A stretch of 64,000 nucleotides of DNA from an uncultured Eubacteriales bacterium (GTDB lineage Bacteria > Bacillota > Clostridia > Christensenellales > CAG-138). This document shows positions 1 through 9,191 of the stretch, in pieces. The notes beneath the pieces were generated by a model. That model ran no database searches, was not told the origin of the DNA, and was given only the letters and a program-made list of their open reading frames with translations. The number at the start of each line of letters is the position of its first letter. Positions within the stretch are counted from its first letter, which is position 1. The position numbers were made by a program, and so were the translations under genes. The DNA lies in the NCBI GenBank assembly GCA_902768795.1, contig CACXMS010000005.1:18492-82491 (forward strand), in the 5' to 3' direction.

Positions 1-2
1 AG

Positions 3-1349
3 ATGACGTACATTGTCGGCGATTCGTTTGATTCAACTGGCATGGTCATTTGCGGAAACGTGCAGTACGCGAACGGCGGCACGGGGGTCAATACGCTGGG
101 CGACAGTCTGTGGACCTGTTCGCCGAAAACGCTGTCTACGGCAGGGGAGCAGACGATTACGGTTACTGCAAAGATCATCGCCAAGAGCGGTTCGTATGAG
201 CAGTTCAAAACGACGTTCAAGGTTACCGTGCTTGAAAAATTCTCGACCAAGCCGATCAGCGACGGACCGACTTCGTGGACCAATTCCATCGCTGTGAAAA
301 AGCAGCCGACCAAAACCGAATATATGGTCGGGGAGCAGTTTGATCCGGCCGGCATGACCGTGATTGCCAACAACATTGTGGACGGCAAAAAGGCAAAGGA
401 GACAATTCCGAAGGCATACCTCAGCTATACGCCGAAAAAGTTCACCAAGACCGGAAAGCAGAAGGTCACGGTCAAGGCAACGCTGACCGATTCCGAAGGC
501 CATGACAAGGAGTTTTCGACGACGGTCTCGGTCGTCGTATACGACAGCATCGTGATCACAAAGAACCCGACGAAGGAGACTGTGAAGGAGGGCGGAAGCT
601 GCCTGTTCATCGCCAGAGCAGACAATGCAAAGGAGTGTCACTGGTACTTTGAAAAGGACAGCGTGAAGGTCGACGCAAAGAAAGCGGAGTCCTTCTTCAA
701 GGGACTGAAGCTTTCGGGCGCGACGAGCGAAAAGCTGAAGCTCTCGAAGATTCCCGCCTCGATGGACGGCTGGCGGGCATACTGCACGTTTTCGACGCCC
801 TTTGAGGATGTCAATTCCAAGAAGGCGCTGCTGACGGTTCAGGAGACCGAGAGCAAAGCGACCGAACAACCGACCGAAAAGCCCGAGGAGCAGCCGACGG
901 AAAAACCGACGGAAAAACCGACCGAAAAGCCGACCGCGGCGCCGACGGAAAAGCCGACCGAAGCGCCGATCGTATCGCCCGTTGAGCAGCCGACCGAAAG
1001 ACCGACGGCGGAGCCGTCGCATGTGCATTCGTTCGGGACGGAATACAAGAGCGACAATACGTCCCATTGGCATGAATGCTCGTGCGGGGAACGGCGCGAC
1101 GAGGAAGCGCACATCGTGACCGAGTGGAGGACGCTGACGGCGGCTACGGCGGACAGCGAAGGCGTCGAGATCGGGAAATGCCTCGTTTGCGGGCGGCTCG
1201 TGGAGCGTTCTGCTGCGGCGCAGACGTCCAACCTGAAGGTGATCGTTCTGGCTGCCGCCGTGGCGGTCGCGCTGCTGATCGTTCCGCCGCTGCTGGTCGT
1301 GGCGATCATTCTGATGACCAGGGATCGCAAAAAGCGCAATCTGCAGTAA
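3..1349 (+). CDS. Cell-surface protein, 5' partial. Ig-like (Big_3-type) repeats, Pro/Thr linker, Cys/His module, C-terminal TM anchor.
   Basis: ORF is open at the window edge. Repeated GxxFDxxGMxV...GxQxVTV Ig-like units. TEKPTEKPTEKPT linker. HECSCG...CLVCG module. TM segment VIVLAAAVAVALLIVPPLLVVAIILM followed by RDRKKR. Confidence 0.7.
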   Translation: MTYIVGDSFDSTGMVICGNVQYANGGTGVNTLGDSLWTCSPKTLSTAGEQTITVTAKIIAKSGSYEQFKTTFKVTVLEKFSTKPISDGPTSWTNSIAVKKQPTKTEYMVGEQFDPAGMTVIANNIVDGKKAKETIPKAYLSYTPKKFTKTGKQKVTVKATLTDSEGHDKEFSTTVSVVVYDSIVITKNPTKETVKEGGSCLFIARADNAKECHWYFEKDSVKVDAKKAESFFKGLKLSGATSEKLKLSKIPASMDGWRAYCTFSTPFEDVNSKKALLTVQETESKATEQPTEKPEEQPTEKPTEKPTEKPTAAPTEKPTEAPIVSPVEQPTERPTAEPSHVHSFGTEYKSDNTSHWHECSCGERRDEEAHIVTEWRTLTAATADSEGVEIGKCLVCGRLVERSAAAQTSNLKVIVLAAAVAVALLIVPPLLVVAIILMTRDRKKRNLQ

Positions 1350-1362
1350 GATATAAGCGACG

Positions 1363-1412
1363 GGAGCCGTTCAGACCCGCATTCGGGGCCGGAACGGCTC
1401 CTTTGCCGTTTT
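1363..1412 (+). terminator. Putative intrinsic terminator
   Basis: ggagccgttc ... gaacggctcc stem followed by tttgccgtttt, just after the stop codon at 1349. Confidence 0.4.
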
Positions 1413-1491
1413 GGAAATTGCCGGAATCCCGTTATGGACAAACAGTCCCAGATGGTATATAATGGCTGCAATCGAAGAAAAGGAGTTTATC

Positions 1492-3279
1492 ATGAGAGCA
1501 AGAAATGAGATCGATCCCAGGTACCAATGGGACTTTACGCCGATCTACCAGACCGACGAGGCGTGGGAAGCGGAGCTGAACGAAGTCGCGGCCGGGATTC
1601 CGAAGCTGGCAGCGTTTGAAGGCACGCTCAAAAACAGCCGGGAAGCGTTCAAAGCCGGCATCGACGCGGTCATGGCGGTCGCGCAGCGCGTTGAGCGCGT
1701 TTACGAATACGCGAGCCTGCACCGCGCGGCGGACGGAGGAGAGCCGGCGTATCAGGAGATGGACGGCAAAGCGACGAATCTGTACGTGCAGTTCAGCATG
1801 GCCGTTGCGTTTTTGGAACCGGAAATCCTCGAGATCCCGGAGGATACGCTGCAGGCGTTTCTGGCGCCCGAGGAAATGAAGCCGTACCGGCACTTTATCG
1901 ACAATATTACGCGCTCGCGCGAGCACAGTCTCGATAAAGCGCGGGAGCAGATGCTGGCCCGCCTCGGAGACGTTTCGCAGGCGCCGTCCGACGCATACGA
2001 GATGCTGACGAACGTGGATATGGCGCTGCCGAAGGTGCATGACGCGGAGGGCAACGAAGTCCCGCTTTCCCAGGGCAATTTCGGAACGTTCCGCGAAAGC
2101 CCGGTGCGCGCGGTGCGCGAGGAGGCGTTCAAAACCATGTTCGGCACGTACGGTAAGTTCAACAACACGTTTGCGGCGATGTATGCGGGCAGCGTGAAGA
2201 TGGATACGTTTTATTCCGACGTGCGCGGCCATAAGAGCGCGTGCGAGAGAGCGCTGTTCGGCACGAACGTGCCGGTTTCCGTGTACGACAGTCTGATCGA
2301 GGCGGTCCATGAAAGTCTGCCGGCGATGCGCGCCTATCTCGAACTGCGGAAAAAGGCGCTCGGGCTCGAAAAACTCGATATGTACGATCTCTATTGCCCG
2401 ATGGTCGCGGATGTGGATTTCAACATCCCGTTCGAGGAGAGCAAGAAGCTTGTGAAGGCGGCGACGCTGCCGCTCGGCGAGGAGTATCAGAACCTGCTCG
2501 ACCGCGCGTATGCGGAGCGCTGGATGGACGTTTATGAGAACAAGGGCAAGCGCAGCGGCGCGTTCAGCATGGGCGTGTTCGGCGTGCATCCGTATGTTCT
2601 TTTGAACTACACCGATACGCTCGACGATGTGTTCACAGTCGCGCACGAGCTGGGCCATTCGATGCACTCGTATTTTTCCGACGCGACGCAGGATTATCTG
2701 AACCACGATTACCGCATCTTTGTCGCGGAGGTCGCTTCGACGGTCAACGAAGTGCTGCTGACCAAATACCTTTTGAAGACCGAAACGGACAAGGCGCGCC
2801 GCGCGTATATTCTGAACCATTTTTTGGAGGGCTTTCGCACGACGCTGTTCCGTCAGACGCTGTTCGCGGAGTTCGAGCGCAAGGCGCACGAGCTGTATCA
2901 GGCGGGCACGCCGCTGACCGGCGAGGTGCTGAACAGGGTCTACCGCGAGCTGTGCGAGCTGTATTATGCCGGGGCGGAGGTACCGGAGGAAATCCAGTAC
3001 GAATGGTCGTATATCCCGCATTTCTATTCGGCGTTCTATGTGTATCAGTATGCCACCGGTTTTTCGAGCGCGGTCTCGATCGCGGATTACCTGACGAAAA
3101 CCGGCGACAACGCGGGATACCTGAAATTCCTGTCGCTCGGCGGCAGCGATTACGCGATGAACGAGCTGAAGATCGGCGGCGTCGATCTGACGACGCCCGA
3201 GCCCGTCAAAGCCGCTCTGAACGTATTCGCGGAATCGGTGCAGGAGCTGTCTGCTCTGCTCGACGAGCTGAACGCCTGA
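1492..3279 (+). CDS. pepF: Oligoendopeptidase F (M3B family)
   Basis: HELGH zinc motif (VAHELGHSMH). About 595 aa, typical for PepF. AAGGAG RBS 6 nt before the ATG at 1492; the track ORF starts upstream at 1411. Confidence 0.85.
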   Translation: MRARNEIDPRYQWDFTPIYQTDEAWEAELNEVAAGIPKLAAFEGTLKNSREAFKAGIDAVMAVAQRVERVYEYASLHRAADGGEPAYQEMDGKATNLYVQFSMAVAFLEPEILEIPEDTLQAFLAPEEMKPYRHFIDNITRSREHSLDKAREQMLARLGDVSQAPSDAYEMLTNVDMALPKVHDAEGNEVPLSQGNFGTFRESPVRAVREEAFKTMFGTYGKFNNTFAAMYAGSVKMDTFYSDVRGHKSACERALFGTNVPVSVYDSLIEAVHESLPAMRAYLELRKKALGLEKLDMYDLYCPMVADVDFNIPFEESKKLVKAATLPLGEEYQNLLDRAYAERWMDVYENKGKRSGAFSMGVFGVHPYVLLNYTDTLDDVFTVAHELGHSMHSYFSDATQDYLNHDYRIFVAEVASTVNEVLLTKYLLKTETDKARRAYILNHFLEGFRTTLFRQTLFAEFERKAHELYQAGTPLTGEVLNRVYRELCELYYAGAEVPEEIQYEWSYIPHFYSAFYVYQYATGFSSAVSIADYLTKTGDNAGYLKFLSLGGSDYAMNELKIGGVDLTTPEPVKAALNVFAESVQELSALLDELNA

Positions 3280-3323
3280 TCGCCGCGCGGATCGTTTGCA
3301 GCCCGATCGTGGAGGCGCTTCGT

Positions 3324-3344
3324 AAGGAGGCCGCCTCCTTTTTG
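3324..3344 (+). terminator. Intrinsic terminator after pepF
   Basis: aaggagg-ccg-cctcctt hairpin followed by TTTT. Confidence 0.6.
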
Positions 3345-3462
3345 TAAACAAAAAAGAGGCGAAAATCAGCTGTTTTGCGTCAATAATCAAGAAAAGCATA
3401 TTTTTGCGCTTTTCGCCTTTTTCCCGTTACGCCTGTTATTTTTTCTGTTTTTCCGCCTGCAC

Positions 3463-3825
3463 TTATTGATTGGATTCGATATTCTGCTTTGCGGTTCTGC
3501 AGGACGCGATGAGCATAACGCGAATGGAAGTGCACTGCTCGTTCAGAGTTCTATAGGTAGCTTCGTCAATATAGTCGGTTCGACGCAACAATTCAAGCCA
3601 ATAGCGTGTCTCGCTTGCTTGCTTCAATGCAATTTCAAGCTTGGAGATGAAATCCTTCTTGCCCTGTGCATAGTTGGCTTCGCAGATATTTGCGCCGATA
3701 GAGGTACCGGAACGACCGATCTGGTTGGAAATGACGGATTCGTGCTTTGCTTTCAGGTCTTGGACGAGATAAATAATTTGAAAGGAAAAATCCATGGACA
3801 GATCGGTAAGCTTATTCTTTTTCAT
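3463..3825 (-). CDS. Four-helix-bundle protein (23S rRNA intervening-sequence protein / Avd-like family)
   Basis: Family-typical core SNQIGRSGTSIGANICEA...KDFISKLEIALKQASETRYWLELL. About 120 aa from MKKNK. Visibly lower GC than the flanks. Confidence 0.75.
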   Translation of the reverse strand: MKKNKLTDLSMDFSFQIIYLVQDLKAKHESVISNQIGRSGTSIGANICEANYAQGKKDFISKLEIALKQASETRYWLELLRRTDYIDEATYRTLNEQCTSIRVMLIASCRTAKQNIESNQ

Positions 3826-3850
3826 AACAACACTGCCGGATGATAACAGC

Positions 3851-3879
3851 ATTTTATCATACAACGATAAAAGAATCAA
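3851..3879 (-). promoter_or_regulatory. Putative sigma-A promoter of the four-helix-bundle gene
   Basis: On the minus strand: TTGATT, 17 nt spacer, TAAAAT. Confidence 0.45.
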
Positions 3880-3992
3880 TGATGCTGCTCCCGACGGTCG
3901 CAATGATGCTGCTCCGCTTTGCTCCGAAATGATGTCGCGTCACTTCGTGCCGCAATGATGCGAATTGCACATCCTGTTCCGCGTAAGCGGAA
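3877..3992. repeat. Four tandem ~25-bp units, each starting (C/A)AATGATG, plus one inverted copy
   Basis: caatgatg at 3877 and 3901, aaatgatg at 3927, caatgatg at 3953, and inverted catcatt at about 3985. Lies between tRNA-Gly and the promoter. Confidence 0.6.
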
Positions 3993-4045
3993 CACATCAT
4001 TCAAAAACGCCTCTTTTGTCCGATAGACAAAAGAGGCGTTTTTGC

Positions 4046-4119
4046 TGGAGCAGGTAACGGGACTCGAACCCGTGACCTCAGCTTGGAAGGCTAATGTGTT
4101 TCCACTACACTATACCTGC
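4046..4119 (-). tRNA. tRNA-Gly (anticodon UCC)
   Basis: The reverse complement folds as a cloverleaf: acceptor GCAGGTA/TACCTGC, anticodon loop CTTCCAA, GGTTCGAGTCC T-loop, encoded CCA. Confidence 0.9.
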
Positions 4120-4122
4120 CCG

Positions 4123-4206
4123 TGGTGCGGACGAAGAGATTTGAACTCATACGCCTGTGGCACCGGAACCTAAATCCGGCGCGTCTGCCAATTCCGCCAC
4201 GTCCGC
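4123..4206 (-). tRNA. tRNA-Leu (anticodon UAG), long variable arm
   Basis: Acceptor GCGGACG/CGTCCGC, anticodon stem-loop CCGGA-TTTAGGT-TCCGG, long variable arm, encoded CCA. Confidence 0.9.
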
Positions 4207-4384
4207 CCGAAAACCGGATGACCCGTCGGAGATGACGGCGGCTTTTTCGATGTTTCGCTTGCCTCGTCCGGCGACATAGAGAATTATATGCATTCCCGCG
4301 CCAAAAGTCAAGCATAATCCGAAAGAAAGTCGGAAAACACAGCGGGCAGGATGCGTTTCCCGCCCGCCGAAAATGCGCTGCCGA

Positions 4385-5860
<1,476 letters not shown>

Positions 5861-5993
5861 GTTCGAACTCCCTTTTCCCTAAAAATTCGGATCGTGTTCC
5901 CACGAATCCCCATGCTCATCATACTCTTTTTTTTCGCATTTGTAAACTGGTTTCTAAAAAATAATTTGATTGAAAAAAAGTTTTTGTTATCAT

Positions 5994-6022
5994 TTGCCAT
6001 CCGTCCAAAAGGATGGTACAAT
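5994..6022 (+). promoter_or_regulatory. Putative sigma-A promoter
   Basis: TTGCCA, 17 nt spacer, TACAAT, 17 nt upstream of the ATG at 6039. The spacer contains the ccatcc...ggatgg hairpin. Confidence 0.45.
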
Positions 6023-6038
6023 AGGAACGAGGTGCGGT

Positions 6039-6839
6039 ATGCGAGTCGGTATTTCCACGGCAAGTTTCTACAATCACTATATGATTGAGGATCTCCCGGC
6101 CGTTTACGCCGATTGGGGCGTGCGGTACGCGGAGTATTTTCTGAATTCCTTTTGCGAATACGAGCCGGCGTTTATTGATCTGCTTGCCGAGCGCACAAAG
6201 CGGCACGGCGTAACGGTATGCAGCGTGCATCCGATGAGCTCGATGTTTGAATCGCAGCTGTTTTCCCTGCATCCGCGGCAGATCGACGACGCGTTTGCAA
6301 TCTACGAAAAGGTTCTTGCGGCAGGGCAAAAGCTCGGCGCGGGGCGGTATTGCATGCACGGCGCGGCGCATCTGTCGGGCGCGGCGAAAAACCTGGAGCT
6401 GTACCGGATCGCTCCGGTGTTCGACCGGTTGACGGCGCTGGCGGCGCAATACGGGATCCGGCTTACGCTGGAAAACGTGAGCTGGTGTTTTTGCCGCGAG
6501 CCGGAGTTCGCGCTGCGGCTGCTGGACGCGATGCAATCGGACGGTCTGCATTTCACGCTCGACGTCAAGCAGGCGATCCGGAGCGGCGTCGATCCGTTCG
6601 CGTTCGTGGAGGCGATCGGGGATCGCATCGACGCGGTGCATTGCTGTGACTGCGTTACGGAAAACGGCAGGACCGTCTACCGCTTGCCGCCGTACGGCGG
6701 GTTTGATTTTCGCCGTCTGATCGACGCGCTTCGAAAGAAGGGGTTCGACGGCGACGTGTTGCTGGAGGTATACAGCGACACGTACAGGGATCTTTCGGAG
6801 CTAAGGGAATCGTTTTATGCGTTTTCCAGGCTGTTTTAA
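6039..6839 (+). CDS. Sugar phosphate isomerase/epimerase (xylose-isomerase-like TIM barrel)
   Basis: MRVGISTASF start typical of the family. CMHGA and LENV motifs. About 266 aa. Confidence 0.6.
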   Translation: MRVGISTASFYNHYMIEDLPAVYADWGVRYAEYFLNSFCEYEPAFIDLLAERTKRHGVTVCSVHPMSSMFESQLFSLHPRQIDDAFAIYEKVLAAGQKLGAGRYCMHGAAHLSGAAKNLELYRIAPVFDRLTALAAQYGIRLTLENVSWCFCREPEFALRLLDAMQSDGLHFTLDVKQAIRSGVDPFAFVEAIGDRIDAVHCCDCVTENGRTVYRLPPYGGFDFRRLIDALRKKGFDGDVLLEVYSDTYRDLSELRESFYAFSRLF

Positions 6840-6899
6840 TGCCGCCGCCTTTCCGATACAATCCGGCTGCCCGAAAAAGAAGGAGGAACGCATCGTTCG

Positions 6900-8066
6900 A
6901 TGACGCGCAGAACCACGCGAATCAAAGCCCCGTATCAGGTGGATGTGATCACGCTCGTACTCGTATCGGGCTTGGTTCTGTTCGGTCTTATGACGCTTGT
7001 CAACGTGTTTTGCGACCCGTTTGACGGGAGCGAGGTCACCTTTGCCGATTACTATGCAAAAATGCATCTTGCTTTCCCGACGCGCCAGCTCGGCAACATT
7101 GCGATTTCGCTGCTGCTTGCCGTGCCGCTCGCCGTATTCGATTACGATCGCTATAAGCCGTTTGTCAAAACGGCTTATTTGGTTTGTCTGATTCTCTTGC
7201 TTCTGCTGGTCGTAGCCGGGGAGAACACGCGCGGCGCATTCGGCTGGTACACGATCGGCACGCGCGCTTTTCAGCCGAGCGAGATCACGAAGGTCGTTCT
7301 GATCGTTCTGCTGTCCAAGACCGCGTCCGAGCGGTATGAAAAGCACGGGGCGCTTTCCCGGCCGACGGACGTTCTGGTCTGTGCGCTGTATGTGATCGTG
7401 CCGTTCGTGCTGGTTTTGCTGCAGCGGGACTTCGGCACGGCGATGGTGCTGCTCGTGGTCGCCATTGCGATCCTGTTCTGCGTGCGGCTGCATTGGGCGT
7501 ACCTTGCGGTCGGCGCGGGCGGATTGGCGTCGGCCGCCGTGCTCGGCTGGCAGTTCTTTTTCTCGGAGGTGCAGAAGAACCGCATCCGCGTCTTCCTCGA
7601 TCCGACGCGCGACCTGAAAGGCGACGGCCTGAACGTTCTGCACGCAAAGCAGGTCATCGGCTCCGGAGGACTGTGGGGAAAAGGATATTTTGTGAAGGGT
7701 ACGCTGATTCAGACGGGGTATGTTCCGGTCTGGCACAGCGACTTCATCTTTGCGGGCATCGGGGAAGGGCTTGGCTTTGTCGGCTCCGTCGTGTTGATTC
7801 TGGTCTTTTTCGCACTGTTTTTCCATTGGTTCCGCACTGCGCTTCGCGCGCGTGACACCTATGGGCGCTGCCTTGTCGTCGGCTGCACGACGATGCTCGC
7901 GACGCACGTGTTTGAGAACATCGGCATGTGCATGGGCGCGATGCCGGTCACGGGCATTCCGCTGCCGTTTATCAGCTACGGCGGTTCGAACATGCTCGCG
8001 TCGCTTGCGTGCGTCGGAATCGTGCTGAGCGTCTTTGCGCGTGCGGGCGGGAGGCAGCGGCTATGA
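6900..8066 (+). CDS. rodA: SEDS-family peptidoglycan glycosyltransferase (FtsW/RodA/SpoVE)
   Basis: About 10 TM segments. Conserved C-terminal motif GxxPVTGIPLPFISYGGSNM. SDFIFAGIGEGLGF motif. Confidence 0.85.
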   Translation: MTRRTTRIKAPYQVDVITLVLVSGLVLFGLMTLVNVFCDPFDGSEVTFADYYAKMHLAFPTRQLGNIAISLLLAVPLAVFDYDRYKPFVKTAYLVCLILLLLLVVAGENTRGAFGWYTIGTRAFQPSEITKVVLIVLLSKTASERYEKHGALSRPTDVLVCALYVIVPFVLVLLQRDFGTAMVLLVVAIAILFCVRLHWAYLAVGAGGLASAAVLGWQFFFSEVQKNRIRVFLDPTRDLKGDGLNVLHAKQVIGSGGLWGKGYFVKGTLIQTGYVPVWHSDFIFAGIGEGLGFVGSVVLILVFFALFFHWFRTALRARDTYGRCLVVGCTTMLATHVFENIGMCMGAMPVTGIPLPFISYGGSNMLASLACVGIVLSVFARAGGRQRL

Positions 8067-8905
8067 TCATCCGGCAGATGCAGCCGAAGGACTGCTTTCG
8101 CGCGATGGCGCTGTGGCAGGAGATTTTCCGGGATACGCAGCCGTTTGCGACGTTCTACTTCGCGCACCGGTTCACGCCGACGCTGTCGTTCGGCGTGTTT
8201 GAAGAGGACCGCCTCGTTTCGATGGCGCTCGGCCGCGCGGTGCTGACGGAGCGGCCGGGACTGCGCGCCGTGCTGATTGCCGGCGTCTGTACGCTGCCCG
8301 AATTTCGCGGACAGGGGCTGATGACCGAAACGATGCAGCGGCTGATTGCGAATGCCGCGGCGCGGGGATTCGACCTTGCGCTGCTCTCTCCGGCGATTCC
8401 CGATCTGTACGCGCCGTTCGGATTCCGTCCGCTGTCGTTTGCCGTGGAAGCGACGGAGACGGCGGCAGCGCCCGAGGAATTGCAGCGCGTTTCGGTCGTG
8501 ACCGATTTAAGGGTGCCGTATCTGCTGTATCAGATACAGTCCGTTTCGCATCCGTTTATGCTGCACCGTGAAAAAAAGGATTTTCTGCTTACGCTGCGCG
8601 AATACGCCGCGGACGGCGGCGTGATGCTGCAGACGAAGGACGAGCTCGGCTATCTCTGCTTTCTGCCGAAGGAACGGGAGGTCGAGGTCGTTGAGTGCCT
8701 GGCCGCCTATCCCGAGCAGTATCGGCTGCTGCTGCGCGCCGCCGCGGTCTATTCTCCGTCGCAGAGCGCAACCGCGCTGCTGCCGGCGGATTGCGGCGTG
8801 CCGGGCAAAGTCGTCCGCCCGATCCACGCGCTCGGGCTGAAGCCCTCCGTCCGGCTCGATCAGATCCCTGAGCTGAGGAGAGCGTTTCTGGTGGAACAGT
8901 ATTAA
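8063..8905 (+). CDS. GNAT-family N-acetyltransferase (Eis-like, with C-terminal extension)
   Basis: GNAT acetyl-CoA motif LPEFRGQGLMTETMQRL. The ATGA start overlaps the rodA stop. Confidence 0.65.
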   Translation: MIIRQMQPKDCFRAMALWQEIFRDTQPFATFYFAHRFTPTLSFGVFEEDRLVSMALGRAVLTERPGLRAVLIAGVCTLPEFRGQGLMTETMQRLIANAAARGFDLALLSPAIPDLYAPFGFRPLSFAVEATETAAAPEELQRVSVVTDLRVPYLLYQIQSVSHPFMLHREKKDFLLTLREYAADGGVMLQTKDELGYLCFLPKEREVEVVECLAAYPEQYRLLLRAAAVYSPSQSATALLPADCGVPGKVVRPIHALGLKPSVRLDQIPELRRAFLVEQY

Positions 8906-8923
8906 GGTAAAACAGGCCGCCGT

Positions 8924-9132
8924 AAAAGGGGCCAGACCATTTTCGGCGGATTTTGGAAAAGAATGCTTGTAAGAGGAAAAGACGGAGGAATCCGTCTTTT
9001 CTTTGATCATGCGCCGAAAATTATCCGCGTTTTCACCCTCGCGGTAGCGTCAGTACACGCTTCGGGATGAAAACGCGAATTCTGCCACCCTTCCCGACGG
9101 CCTTTGTCAGCGTGTCAAAAGGTTTTTTGCAC
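8924..9132. repeat. Intergenic repeat element, full copy A (~209 bp)
   Basis: Aligns box-by-box with 46378-46585. Shared boxes: aaaaggggNcagaccNttt, hairpin plus ctttgat, atccgcgttttc...cgtcagta...gaaaaNgcgaattctgccNccctt, gtgNcaaaaggttttt. Confidence 0.75.
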
Positions 9133-9191
9133 CCAGCGCCGTTCGGATTCTCTTTCGGGTTTCCGAACGGCGCAGCTTTGTATTATGTGTT

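Noticed and set aside
860-1000. Pro/Thr-rich nucleotide repeats (ccgac[cg]ga[ag]aa[ag]ccg and similar) at 860-1000, 54900-54950, 56830-56960, 58330-58400 and 60600-60680, considered as possible dispersed repeat elements.
   Set aside because: They are in-frame PT/PE linker-coding low-complexity segments of surface proteins. The similarity reflects codon repetition rather than a shared mobile sequence.
1432-3399. Very long antisense ORFs opposite real genes. Examples: 1432-3399(-) versus pepF, 4457-6088(+), 10897-12882(+) versus aconitase, 14724-16730(+) versus asnS, 21081-22838(-), 26349-28031(-), 56385-58616(-).
   Set aside because: These are typical high-GC artefacts. The translations are Arg/Ala/Gly/His-rich low-complexity sequences with no motifs. 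The opposite strand encodes proteins with unmistakable family signatures (HELGH, GSDSHT, class II aaRS motifs, Walker motifs).
3463-3992. A diversity-generating retroelement, given the Avd-like four-helix-bundle gene and the nearby repeats.
   Set aside because: There is no reverse transcriptase ORF and no TR/VR pair with adenine-specific mismatches. The neighbours are pepF and tRNA genes.
3400-4210. An integrated mobile element or prophage remnant at the tRNA-Gly/tRNA-Leu locus.
   Set aside because: I found no integrase, no recombinase and no direct repeat of a tRNA 3' end. Only the compositional deviation remains, and that is reported as a finding.
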